DNA from: Bacillota bacterium | GTDB lineage: Bacteria; Bacillota; Clostridia; Christensenellales; CAG-138 | Assembly: GCA_023400985.1 (NCBI GenBank) | Contig: JAEXEN010000037.1 | Coordinates: 35,118 to 99,117, forward strand | DNA: 64,000 nucleotides | Reading direction: 5' to 3' | Shown here: one piece after another, positions 44,892 to 53,749 of the stretch | Numbering within the stretch: position 1 is the first letter of the stretch | Layout: each line of letters starts with the position of its first letter | Notes under the pieces: generated by a model | Seen by the model: the letters and a program-made list of their open reading frames with translations, nothing else | Database searches by the model: none | Told to the model about the DNA's origin: nothing | Position numbers and translations under genes: made by a program

Positions 44892-46675
44892 AAAAAAGCA
44901 AGGGCGGCATCGGACGTTTCTGGAGCGGCTTTTTCAAGGGCAGCATACGCTATTCGGTGTTCATAAGCTTCACCGTATCGGCACTCGTCGCCATCGTACT
45001 TTCGGGCCTCACGTTTTACATGCGCTTCTCAAGCCAGCTCCAGTCCAACGTTCGAAGCGAAAATCAGCAGCTTGTGGAGCAGGTGAACCAGTCGCTCAAC
45101 TCCTATCTTCGCAGCATGATACGGCTTTCGGACTCGCTCGGCTACGGCGTCATCAAAAATACCGATCTGAGCGACAATTCCATCGACGAAAAGCTCCAGC
45201 TTCTCTACGACAACAACACCAACCTCGTGGAAAATATCGTGCTCTTCGGCGCTATGGGCAACGCGCTCGCGACCGCGCCGCCCGCCACGCTCAAAAAGGG
45301 TGTGGACGCGACGGAGAGCGAGTGGTTTCGCCGCGCCCTCGAACAAACGGAAAACCTCCATTTTTCCAACCCCACGGTACAAAACATGTTTGTGAGCTCC
45401 CAAGGAAGCTACAGCTATGTCGTTTCCCTCTCGTGCGCGGTGGAGCTCACCTACGGCACGCACACCGAGCAGGGCGTGCTCCTCATCAACCTCAAATACG
45501 GCGGGCTTTCGGAGCTTTTTTCCAACGCCTCCCTCGTCAACGGCGGCTACATCTACCTCATGAGCTCCGACGGCACCATACTCTATCACCCCAAGCAGCA
45601 GCTTATCGCGACGGGACTTTATGAGGAAAACAACGCTACGGCCGCCGCGCTGCCCGACGGTGTCCATACCGTGGAGAGCGGCGCAAACAAAAGCACGCTC
45701 ATCATCCGTTCGGCGGGCTATACGGGCTGGCGCGTGGTGGGCGTGATACCGCAATTGGGGCTCACGATCGATTCGGCGAACGACCTGCTGTTTTTGCTGA
45801 TGATGTTCCTCGTCTTTTTCGAGGCGCTGGTGCTCATCAACGCGATTATCTCCACACGCCTCACGCGTCCCATACAGCAGCTTGAGATATCCGTGCAGGA
45901 ACTCGAGCGCGGCGAGGGGGATCTTATCTACATCGGCGGTTCCTACGAGGTACAGCACTTAGGGCGTTCCGTGCAGCAGATGGTGGACCAGATGCGAAAG
46001 CTCACCGACGACATCGTGCGCGAACACGAAGAAAAACAGCGCCACGAACTCGATGCATTGCAGGCGCAGATCAACCCGCATTTCCTATATAACACGCTCG
46101 ATATCATCGTATGGATGATCGAGAAAAACAAGCCGGAAGAAGCCGTGCGTATCGTATCGGCGCTCGCAAAGCTCTTTCGCATAAGCCTGAGCAAGGGCAA
46201 AAACTTCATCCCCGTCAAAGACGAGCTCGAGCACACGCGAAGCTACCTCACCATACAGCAGATGCGCTATAAGGATAAATTCACCTATTCCATCAATGTG
46301 CCGGACGCTGCGCTCGACCTTGCCGTCATCAAACTCGTGGTGCAGCCGATCGTAGAAAACGCCATCTACCACAGCATGGACTTCATGGATGGCGACGGCG
46401 AGATACGCGTAGACGTGCATGTCGAGGGGGAGGATCTTTACATCTCCGTTTCCGACAACGGTATAGGCATGCCCCAAGACCTCGTGGATAAGCTTCTCGT
46501 GGAGCATTTCCCCATCTCCAAGGGCTCGGGCGTCGGCCTCAAAAACGTGAACGAGCGCATCAAGCTCTACGCGGGCGATGCGTACGGCGTCATCATCGAA
46601 AGCGAACTGGACGTGGGCACGACCATCACGCTGCATCTGCCTGCCGTGTCCTATTCTGAGGAGGAGGCAAAGTAA
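44888..46675 (+). CDS. Sensor histidine kinase, LytS/YesM type (HAMP plus His_kinase PF06580-like plus HATPase)
   Basis: ATGA overlap with the regulator stop. Two TM segments flank an extracellular domain. It has the motif QINPHFLYNTLD and the ATPase motifs NAIYHS and DNGIGM...GVGLKNV. Confidence 0.9.
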   Translation: MKKSKGGIGRFWSGFFKGSIRYSVFISFTVSALVAIVLSGLTFYMRFSSQLQSNVRSENQQLVEQVNQSLNSYLRSMIRLSDSLGYGVIKNTDLSDNSIDEKLQLLYDNNTNLVENIVLFGAMGNALATAPPATLKKGVDATESEWFRRALEQTENLHFSNPTVQNMFVSSQGSYSYVVSLSCAVELTYGTHTEQGVLLINLKYGGLSELFSNASLVNGGYIYLMSSDGTILYHPKQQLIATGLYEENNATAAALPDGVHTVESGANKSTLIIRSAGYTGWRVVGVIPQLGLTIDSANDLLFLLMMFLVFFEALVLINAIISTRLTRPIQQLEISVQELERGEGDLIYIGGSYEVQHLGRSVQQMVDQMRKLTDDIVREHEEKQRHELDALQAQINPHFLYNTLDIIVWMIEKNKPEEAVRIVSALAKLFRISLSKGKNFIPVKDELEHTRSYLTIQQMRYKDKFTYSINVPDAALDLAVIKLVVQPIVENAIYHSMDFMDGDGEIRVDVHVEGEDLYISVSDNGIGMPQDLVDKLLVEHFPISKGSGVGLKNVNERIKLYAGDAYGVIIESELDVGTTITLHLPAVSYSEEEAK

Positions 46676-46679
46676 TCAT

Positions 46680-47555
46680 ATGGGCCTCAGGGAAAAACGC
46701 ATTTTTTTAGGTACGCTGGCGCTTCTCGTGTTCGTCGCGGCGCTCTATCTTTACCAATCGTTCTCCGTACCGGAGGTGGATGTCTACGGCGTTTCCGTCG
46801 TCCTCTGCTCCGGAGGCGAGAACTTCGAAAAGGGGCTCACCGGCGCGGCGCTTGAAAAAAATGCGGACCTTCACATCGTGCGCGTCACGGACCCGTCGGC
46901 CAATGCGCAGACCGCCGCGCTCGAGCGCGAGCTTCAAAACGGCGCGAACGCCGTGATTCTCTACCGCGCGGACGCGGAAAATCTGAGCGCGTGGCTTCTG
47001 AAGAACAAGTCCTCCGCGCCTCTCGTTCTCGCGGGGGATGCTCTTCTTTCCGGCAAAGGCGCAAGCCATGTGTCCCTCGGCGCTAAAGCGCTTTCCGCAG
47101 CGCTCGTGACCGAAATGGAAAAGCAGCCTCTGCGCAGCGTTACCGTCGTGGAGGATGAAGGCGGCGAACGCCTGACGGAGTTTCTTGCGGCGCTTGACGC
47201 CGCCGGCTTCACCTACGATCTCGTGCATGCTAATGACGTTTCCCATATAGCGCCAGGCAAGGTCTATGCATCTTGCGATCCCGCCGCCACGCTTTTACTC
47301 GCAGAGGCTGCGGATAAGGGCGCGTTCCTTTACGGCATGGGTTACGACGCAGCGCTTCGAAACCTGCTCGAAAGCGGGAAGATCACTGCGCTCGCCATCG
47401 CGAGCGAGTTCGACGCCGGCTACCTTGCCGTGACCGAAGCGGTCTCGCGCATCGACGGCGGGCGCACATATGACGCGGCACTAAGCGCCTTCATCGCGCG
47501 GTCGGACAACATGTACGAGCCGCCGATCTCCGCCATACTCTTTCCGATAGGCTGA
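46680..47555 (+). CDS. Membrane-anchored periplasmic-binding-protein-like protein (probable ligand-sensing partner of the kinase)
   Basis: Start at ATG 46680. It has an uncleaved-looking N-terminal TM helix (IFLGTLALLVFVAALYLY) with no lipobox, then a type-1 PBP-like fold pattern. It begins 5 nt after the kinase stop. Confidence 0.7.
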   Translation: MGLREKRIFLGTLALLVFVAALYLYQSFSVPEVDVYGVSVVLCSGGENFEKGLTGAALEKNADLHIVRVTDPSANAQTAALERELQNGANAVILYRADAENLSAWLLKNKSSAPLVLAGDALLSGKGASHVSLGAKALSAALVTEMEKQPLRSVTVVEDEGGERLTEFLAALDAAGFTYDLVHANDVSHIAPGKVYASCDPAATLLLAEAADKGAFLYGMGYDAALRNLLESGKITALAIASEFDAGYLAVTEAVSRIDGGRTYDAALSAFIARSDNMYEPPISAILFPIG

Positions 47556-47570
47556 AAGGAGGGTCCTTGC

Positions 47571-48608
47571 GTGAAAACATCATGCATCCGCTTTTTTGCG
47601 GCGCTTCTTGCGCTCTTTCTCTGTCTGGGGCTTTCATCCTGTGACAGCGCCTCCGAGAAGGACGCCATCAAGATCGGCGTGAGCGTATATAAGGGAGACG
47701 ATACCTTCATCTCCGCCATGATGGGAAGCTTTACGGAGGCCGCCGCGGCTTTTGAGGAGAGCACGGGCGTGCGCGTCAACATCTCCATCGCCGACGCGGG
47801 CGAAAGCCAAGCGACGCAAAACGAGCAGATCGGGCGCTTTCTTTCGCTCGGCTACGACGTACTCTGCGTGAACCTAGTGGATCGCACGGACGCGGGAGGC
47901 ATTATCGACCGTGCGCGCGACGCCGGCGTCCCCGTGGTTTTCTTCAACCGCGAACCCGTGCAGGAGGACATGCTCAAATGGGACAAGATTCTCTATGTCG
48001 GGAGCGACGCGCGCGAATCCGCTACGCTCGAGGCGCAGATCGTGATCGACCGCTTCCGGCTCGACCCGAAAAGCATCGACACCAACGGCGACGGCGTCAT
48101 ACAATACGTCATGCTCGAGGGCGAGCGCAGGCATCAGGACGCCATTATACGCACGGAGGTCTCCGTAGAGACGCTCAAGCAGGCAGGCTTCGAAATGGAA
48201 AAGCTCGACGGCGGCATCGCCAACTGGAGCCGCGATCAGGCCGCCGCGCTGACGGAAACGTATTTTACCGTCTACGGCGACAGGATCGAGCTCATCATCT
48301 GCAACAACGACGACATGGCATTGGGCGCGGCGGACGCCGTAGAGCGGCTTGGACTGAGTTTTTGCAGCATCGTGGGCATAGACGGCACGGATAAGGGCCT
48401 CGCCGCCGTGCACGAGGGCAAGTTTTTGGGCACCGTGGTGATGGACTTGCCTTCGCATGGAAAAGCCATCTTTGAGGCGGCCTATGCCTTCGCGACGGGT
48501 ACAGACCCGGCGGAAACGCTCACGGTACAAGAAGATCAGTCGGTCCGCATTCCCATGTACATAGAAACCAGCGAATCTTCGGAGTTTGATCCGGATCTCA
48601 TCGAATGA
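47571..48608 (+). CDS. Sugar ABC transporter substrate-binding lipoprotein (MglB/galactose-glucose type), copy 1
   Basis: Lipobox LGLSSC. MglB-like motifs (IGVSVYKGDDTFIS, VVFFNREP, DTNGDGVIQYVMLEG, ICNNDDMALGA). Confidence 0.85.
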   Translation: MKTSCIRFFAALLALFLCLGLSSCDSASEKDAIKIGVSVYKGDDTFISAMMGSFTEAAAAFEESTGVRVNISIADAGESQATQNEQIGRFLSLGYDVLCVNLVDRTDAGGIIDRARDAGVPVVFFNREPVQEDMLKWDKILYVGSDARESATLEAQIVIDRFRLDPKSIDTNGDGVIQYVMLEGERRHQDAIIRTEVSVETLKQAGFEMEKLDGGIANWSRDQAAALTETYFTVYGDRIELIICNNDDMALGAADAVERLGLSFCSIVGIDGTDKGLAAVHEGKFLGTVVMDLPSHGKAIFEAAYAFATGTDPAETLTVQEDQSVRIPMYIETSESSEFDPDLIE

Positions 48609-48753
48609 TGTCGCATACTCCGTATGATTTTATTGCTTTTGCGGACGATTTCGCATAGCCTCCGACATGCGCGCCATATTATAGTAAGATTATAGGGCCA
48701 TGCCCGCATATCTTCATCCGGTCAGGCCCGCACATCGACAAGGAGGAAAAACC

Positions 48754-49848
48754 ATGAAAAAAACACTGGCGGTATTGATGGTACTCGCGATGGCGCTCAA
48801 CCTGTTCGTTGCCTGCGCGCCCAAGAACGGCGCGAGCGGAGAACTCAACGTGAGCGTATTCTTCTACGACTATTCCGATACCTACATCGGCTCCGTCCGC
48901 ACTGCGATGGAAGAGGGCTTGAAGGCTGGAAACATCGCCTACACCTTCTATGACGCGGCGAGCGACCAGTCCAAGCAGACCACCCAGGTCGAAACGGCGC
49001 TGACGCAGGGCAGCAACCTTCTCATTGTCAACATCGTCACCACCGGCTCCGACGAGGCGGCGCAAAACATCGTGGACGCCGCCAAGGATAAGGGCGTACC
49101 GGTCATCTTCTTCAACCGCGAAGTCTCCAACGATGTCGTAAACAGCTACGAGAAGTGCTGCTTCGTCGGCACCGATGCGGACGAGGCCGGCTATATGCAG
49201 GGCCAGATGATCTACGACTTCCTCACCGCCGAGGGCAACATGGCCAAATATGACCTCAACGGCGACGGCACGATCAGCTATGTGATGTTCCGCGGCGAGC
49301 TCGGCAACGCCGAGGCCTTCGGCCGCACCCTCTACTCGGTATCCAACGCCAATACGCTCTTTGGGTCCACCGTGCTCGTGCCCTCGGCCGCCAACCAGAC
49401 CGACAGCACTCAGCCCGATGACGGCGTGAGCCCCTACTACCTCTACGGTAACTGGTCCGCGGCCAACGCCAAGAACCTTATGGATACCGCCCTTACCACC
49501 TACTCGCTGACCAACGGCGATATCGAGATCGTCATCGCCAACAACGACGATCAGGCGTTGGGCGCGATCGAGTCCATGAACGAGAAGGGCTTCAACACCG
49601 GCGAATCCGGCACCGGCTACATCCCCGTGTTCGGCGTTGACGCAACGGCTGTTGCGCAGGACGCGATCGCCAACGGCAAAATGACCGGTACCATCAAGCA
49701 GGACGCGCAGGGCATGGCCGACGGTATCATCTACCTTGCCAAAAACATCGGCGCGGGTAAAGACCTCATGGCCGACACCGAAAGCTTCAACGTCGACGAG
49801 GGCGTTGCCAAGATCCGTATCCCGTACGCTATCTACACCGGCAAGTAA
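48754..49848 (+). CDS. Sugar ABC transporter substrate-binding lipoprotein (MglB type), copy 2
   Basis: Start at ATG 48754 (MKKTLAVLMVLAMALNLFVACAP) with SD AAGGAGG. It carries the same MglB-like motif set (VIFFNRE, DLNGDGTISYVMFRGE, IANNDDQALGA). Confidence 0.9.
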   Translation: MKKTLAVLMVLAMALNLFVACAPKNGASGELNVSVFFYDYSDTYIGSVRTAMEEGLKAGNIAYTFYDAASDQSKQTTQVETALTQGSNLLIVNIVTTGSDEAAQNIVDAAKDKGVPVIFFNREVSNDVVNSYEKCCFVGTDADEAGYMQGQMIYDFLTAEGNMAKYDLNGDGTISYVMFRGELGNAEAFGRTLYSVSNANTLFGSTVLVPSAANQTDSTQPDDGVSPYYLYGNWSAANAKNLMDTALTTYSLTNGDIEIVIANNDDQALGAIESMNEKGFNTGESGTGYIPVFGVDATAVAQDAIANGKMTGTIKQDAQGMADGIIYLAKNIGAGKDLMADTESFNVDEGVAKIRIPYAIYTGK

Positions 49849-49895
49849 GCCTTCTCTTGACGCGAACAAAACACATTTGATAAAGTGAAAAGAGC

Positions 49896-49932
49896 GGAGC
49901 TGCCACGGTTTACCGCGGCAGTTCCCTTTTTC
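49896..49932 (+). terminator. Intra-operon attenuating hairpin between binding-protein and ATPase genes
   Basis: GGAGCTGCCACGG-TTTA-CCGCGGCAGTTCC (two mismatches) followed by CTTTTTC. Confidence 0.55.
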
Positions 49933-50005
49933 GAAGGCAAAGTTTTTCAGGGCACTTATCGGGGCGAACCGCCCGTGCCGCCGCGTATATCTTATGCGGA
50001 GGCAG

Positions 50006-51514
50006 ATGGGAGAAAACATGGGCGAATATCTGTTGGAAATGCGGCATATCACAAAGGAATTTCCGGGCGTCAAAGCGCTAGATGACGTGCATCTTCTCAT
50101 ACGGCCCGGCACGGTCCATTCGCTCATGGGCGAAAATGGTGCGGGAAAATCCACGCTGATGAAATGCCTGTTCGGCATCTATCTAAAGGACGCGGGTACG
50201 ATACTTTTCGACGGGCAGGAGGTCGATTTCAGCTCGCCGCGGCAGGCGCTCGACTCGGGCGTCGCCATGGTGCATCAGGAGCTCAATCAGGTGCACACGC
50301 GCTCCGTCATGGAAAACATATGGCTCGGCCGCTTCCCCAAAACGAAGCTCGGCGCCGTCGACCATAAGGAAATGTACCGCCGCACGAAGGAGATCTTCGA
50401 CGATCTTGAAATCGGCGTCGACCCCAGAGCCATCATCCGTACGCTCTCGGTCTCGCAGCGGCAGATGGTGGAGATCGCCAAGGCGGTTTCTTTCAACAGC
50501 AAGATCATCGTGTTCGACGAGCCTACCTCCTCCCTTGCGGAAGCCGAGGTGGAACAGCTCTTCGGCATTATCCATATGCTGCGCGAGCGCGGCTGCGGCA
50601 TCATCTATATTTCGCACAAGATGAACGAGATACTGCGCATCTCCAACGAGGTCACCGTCATGCGCGACGGCAAATGGGTGGCGACCACAAAGGCGGAGGA
50701 ACTCACCATGGAGGTGCTCATCCGCCAGATGGTCGGCCGCGAGATCACCAATATCTATCCGGACAAGACAAACACGCCGGGCGACGTGGTGCTCGAGGTA
50801 GACGACCTTTCCGCCACCTATCTCAACTTAAAGGATGTGTCCTTCAAGGCACGGCGCGGCGAGATATTAGGCTTTGCTGGGCTTATCGGCGCGGGGCGTA
50901 CGGAGCTTATGGAAACCATTTTCGGCGTAGCCTCAAAAAAAAGCGGAACGATCAAAAAAAGCGGCAAGGTCATCCATAACCGCAACAGCACCGCCGCTAT
51001 GAAAAACGGCTTCGCGCTCATTACCGAGGAGCGCCGGCAGACGGGCATTTTCGGCGTGCTCGATATTTTGGAAAATACGACCGTTGCCAACATAAAAAGC
51101 TACCTCAAGCATCATCTCTACCTGTCCGAAAAGGATATGAAAAAGGACACCGACTGGGCAGTCGATACATTGCGCATCAAAACGCCCTCGCAAAAGACCA
51201 AGATACGCTCGCTTTCGGGCGGCAACCAGCAGAAGGTGATCGTTGGCAGGTGGCTTTTGACGAAGCCCGACATACTTCTGATGGACGAGCCGACGCGCGG
51301 CATCGACGTCGGAGCGAAGTATGAAATTTACCAGCTCATGATCGACCTTGCCGCGTCGGGCAAAACAGTATTGATGGTGAGCAGCGAAATGCCCGAGCTC
51401 TTGGGCGTATGCGATCGCATCATCGTCATGAGCAACGGCAGGATAGCCGGTGAAGTGGACGCGCGGGCGACCTCGCAGGAAGAGATACTCACACTCGCCG
51501 CAAAGTATGTATAA
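50006..51514 (+). CDS. Sugar ABC transporter ATP-binding protein, duplicated ATPase (MglA-like)
   Basis: Two ABC cassettes (GENGAGKST ... LSVSQRQM; LSGGNQQK ... [11 protein letters not shown]). The N-terminus [14 protein letters not shown] resembles MglA. The start may be ATG 50006 or ATG 50018. Confidence 0.9.
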   Translation: MGENMGEYLLEMRHITKEFPGVKALDDVHLLIRPGTVHSLMGENGAGKSTLMKCLFGIYLKDAGTILFDGQEVDFSSPRQALDSGVAMVHQELNQVHTRSVMENIWLGRFPKTKLGAVDHKEMYRRTKEIFDDLEIGVDPRAIIRTLSVSQRQMVEIAKAVSFNSKIIVFDEPTSSLAEAEVEQLFGIIHMLRERGCGIIYISHKMNEILRISNEVTVMRDGKWVATTKAEELTMEVLIRQMVGREITNIYPDKTNTPGDVVLEVDDLSATYLNLKDVSFKARRGEILGFAGLIGAGRTELMETIFGVASKKSGTIKKSGKVIHNRNSTAAMKNGFALITEERRQTGIFGVLDILENTTVANIKSYLKHHLYLSEKDMKKDTDWAVDTLRIKTPSQKTKIRSLSGGNQQKVIVGRWLLTKPDILLMDEPTRGIDVGAKYEIYQLMIDLAASGKTVLMVSSEMPELLGVCDRIIVMSNGRIAGEVDARATSQEEILTLAAKYV

Positions 51515-51528
51515 AGGAGCACGACGTT

Positions 51529-52653
51529 ATGGATAACAGATCCTCTCAAAAGGCTAAAAAAGGCTTGTTCGCGAGGCTCGCGGAAAGGAAGCGCGCGTAC
51601 GACGCGCTCGACGCGCGGGATAAGCGGCGTTGGTGGGGCGATTTTTTGCTCAACAATGCGATCTACATCGTGCTCGTCATCCTCGTGATCTATGTGGAGA
51701 TCTACACGCTCACAAACGCCAAGTTCGCGACGACCTTCCTCTCGTTCGAGTCGATCATCGACGTCTTAAAGAAAGCGGCCTCGGGAAGCTTCCTCGCGCT
51801 CGGCGTTGGCGGCATCATCGTACTCACGGGTACGGACCTTTCCGCCGGCCGCATCATGGGATTGTCGATGCTCATATCGGCGTCGCTTCTGCAAAAGCCG
51901 GTCTGGGAATACACGAGCAAAATGTTCCCGGGGCTGGCTGCGCCACCCATCGTTTTGGTGGTGCTTCTCGTGATGGCGATCGGATGCGTGATCGGTATTT
52001 TCAACGGCTTTTTCGTGGCGAAATTCAGCCTGCACCCGTTTATCGTAACGCTGGCGACCCAGTTGATGCTCTACGGCCTCATCCTCATCTACATGAACCT
52101 CGGCAGCAACGGCGGCGCGCCTATCGCGGGACTTACCGAGGCGTATAAGGATGTCGTAAAGGGCACCGTCACGCTATCGGGCGTAGCGATACCCTATTAT
52201 GTATTCTACGCCATCGCCGCCACGGCCATCATGTGGTTTATCTGGAACAAGACGACGTTCGGTAAAAACATGTACGCCGTGGGCGCCAATCCCGAGGCGG
52301 CCAACGTTTCAGGCGTTAACGTCATGAAAACCATTATTTTCGTGTTTGCGCTCGCCGGTATACTCTACGGCTTCTCCGGCTTCGTCGAGGCCGCGCGCGT
52401 GGGTTCCAACAACGCCTCCGCAGGCCTCAACGCGGAGCTCGACGCCATCGCCGCATGCGTCATCGGCGGCGTATCGTTCACGGGCGGCACGGGCAAGATA
52501 TCGGGCATCATAACGGGCGTTATTTTGCTTCAGATCATCACCGTCGCGCTCCAGTGGCTCGGCGTTTCGACCAACCTCCAATACATCATCAAGGGCGCCA
52601 TCATACTCATGGCAGTGGCCATCGACATGAGAAAATATCTGGCGAAGAAATAG
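51529..52653 (+). CDS. Sugar ABC transporter permease (MglC-like)
   Basis: Polytopic BPD_transp_2-type profile (GGIDLSAG-like TGTDLSAGRIMG). It directly follows the ATPase gene. Confidence 0.88.
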   Translation: MDNRSSQKAKKGLFARLAERKRAYDALDARDKRRWWGDFLLNNAIYIVLVILVIYVEIYTLTNAKFATTFLSFESIIDVLKKAASGSFLALGVGGIIVLTGTDLSAGRIMGLSMLISASLLQKPVWEYTSKMFPGLAAPPIVLVVLLVMAIGCVIGIFNGFFVAKFSLHPFIVTLATQLMLYGLILIYMNLGSNGGAPIAGLTEAYKDVVKGTVTLSGVAIPYYVFYAIAATAIMWFIWNKTTFGKNMYAVGANPEAANVSGVNVMKTIIFVFALAGILYGFSGFVEAARVGSNNASAGLNAELDAIAACVIGGVSFTGGTGKISGIITGVILLQIITVALQWLGVSTNLQYIIKGAIILMAVAIDMRKYLAKK

Positions 52654-52668
52654 CGGAAAAGGGATCGT

Positions 52669-53508
52669 ATGGCGGGCGGTACGGAAAAATTCAAAAGGGT
52701 CGCGGTGTATTTTCGCTGCCCCATATGCGGCGGCGCGATGGCGGAAAACGGCGCGAGCCTCGTATGCGAAAACAGCCATTGCTTCGATATAGCCAAAAAG
52801 GGCTATGTGAACTTTGCACCGCAAAAAAAGCACCGCGGGTACGACGCGGCACTTTTTGAAAGCCGTCAGAGGGCTTTTCGCGCGGGCTTCTATGACCGAA
52901 TCCGCAGGGCCGTGTGCGAAGCCGCCGAGCGGCATGTAAGGTCCGATTCCCCCATGTTTTTGGATGCAGGCTGCGGCGAGGGCTTTTATGCGTTGGGCCT
53001 GAAGGCGTATTTCGGTCCAAGCGCGGACGTGATCGGCGTGGATATCGAAAAGGACGCCATCCAAATCGCCGCGCGCGGCGGTAACGGCGTTTCATGGCTC
53101 GTAGGCGATCTTGCGCGTATCCCTCTTAGGGAGCATTGCGTCGACGTGCTTCTCAACATCTTCTCGCCCGCCGGTTACGTGGAATTCAAGCGCGTATTAA
53201 AGCCCCACGGCATTGTGATAAAGGTCGTGCCCGGTGAGAGCTACTTAAAGGAAATACGGCAGGCCGCCAAAGAAGGGCTTCAATCGGGCGCCTATTCCCC
53301 CGCGCGCGTGACGGAGCATTTCGAAGAACACTTAAATTTGATCGAAAGACTCCGCATTTCGAATACGCTTCCCGTCACGCCGGAGCAACTCAACGATTTC
53401 CTCGGACTTACCCCCATGCTGTTCCATGTGGATACGGCTCAGCTTTCCGTAGAGCATATTCGCGAGATCACCGTCGACGTGCAGGTACTGGTGGGAAGGC
53501 CTCGATAA
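52669..53508 (+). CDS. RlmA/RrmA-like 23S rRNA (guanine-N1) methyltransferase
   Basis: N-terminal Zn-finger pattern (FRCPICGGAM...LVCENSHCFDIAKKGYVNF) followed by SAM motif I (FLDAGCGEGFY), as in E. coli RrmA. Confidence 0.78.
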   Translation: MAGGTEKFKRVAVYFRCPICGGAMAENGASLVCENSHCFDIAKKGYVNFAPQKKHRGYDAALFESRQRAFRAGFYDRIRRAVCEAAERHVRSDSPMFLDAGCGEGFYALGLKAYFGPSADVIGVDIEKDAIQIAARGGNGVSWLVGDLARIPLREHCVDVLLNIFSPAGYVEFKRVLKPHGIVIKVVPGESYLKEIRQAAKEGLQSGAYSPARVTEHFEEHLNLIERLRISNTLPVTPEQLNDFLGLTPMLFHVDTAQLSVEHIREITVDVQVLVGRPR

Positions 53509-53534
53509 TATATTCCCCAAATCCTCGTTTTTGC

Positions 53535-53563
53535 TTGCTTTTGAACGGCAGGACGGGTACAAT
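53535..53563 (+). promoter_or_regulatory. SigmaA-like promoter of the tyrS leader
   Basis: TTGCTT (53535-53540), a 17-nt spacer, then TACAAT (53558-53563). Confidence 0.55.
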
Positions 53564-53593
53564 ACGAAAAACAGATACCTCGGAGGACGTTTT

Positions 53594-53680
53594 ATGCGCA
53601 GTTTGAACGCCGTTTACGCTTATGCGAAGTCGGCCTGCTACTATGGGAGCAGGCTTGGGTCGGCGTCGCCGCAGGCGTAA
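53594..53680 (+). CDS. Candidate 28-codon Tyr-rich leader peptide upstream of tyrS (not in the ORF track)
   Basis: GGAGG (53582-53586) lies 7 nt before the ATG. The translation is MRSLNAVYAYAKSACYYGSRLGSASPQA*. It has four Tyr codons, including the tandem UAC-UAU at 53639-53644, which sits in the loop of the hairpin GCCUGCU/AGCAGGC. The stop codon is 17 nt before the terminator stem. Confidence 0.45.
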   Translation: MRSLNAVYAYAKSACYYGSRLGSASPQA

Positions 53681-53697
53681 AAAGCATGGCGGATATG

Positions 53698-53731
53698 GCG
53701 GCTCAGGCACAAGCTTGAGCCGCTGTTTTTT
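53698..53731 (+). terminator. Intrinsic terminator inside the tyrS 5' leader (attenuator)
   Basis: GCGGCUCAGGC-ACAA-GCUUGAGCCGC (11 bp including one G-U) followed by UGUUUUUU. It ends 18 nt before the tyrS SD/ATG. Confidence 0.75.
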
Positions 53732-53749
53732 ATTTAAAGGAGGGGCATT

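Noticed and set aside
48679-50178. 499-aa minus-strand ORF spanning the second mglB-like gene and the start of mglA.
   Set aside because: It is antisense to two well-supported genes and crosses their intergenic hairpin. The composition is low-complexity (G/V/A/R/H-rich) with no motif and no SD.
53600-53697. Classical T-box riboswitch upstream of tyrS.
   Set aside because: It is expected from Firmicute biology, and UAC is present. However, the leader is short. The best T-box-like string (UUGGGUCGGCGUCGCCGC) matches AGGGUGGNACCGCG poorly. The UAC lies in a terminal hairpin loop rather than an internal specifier loop, and I see no GA/K-turn or AG-bulge motifs. The idea is kept as the main alternative to the leader-peptide model, pending cmscan.
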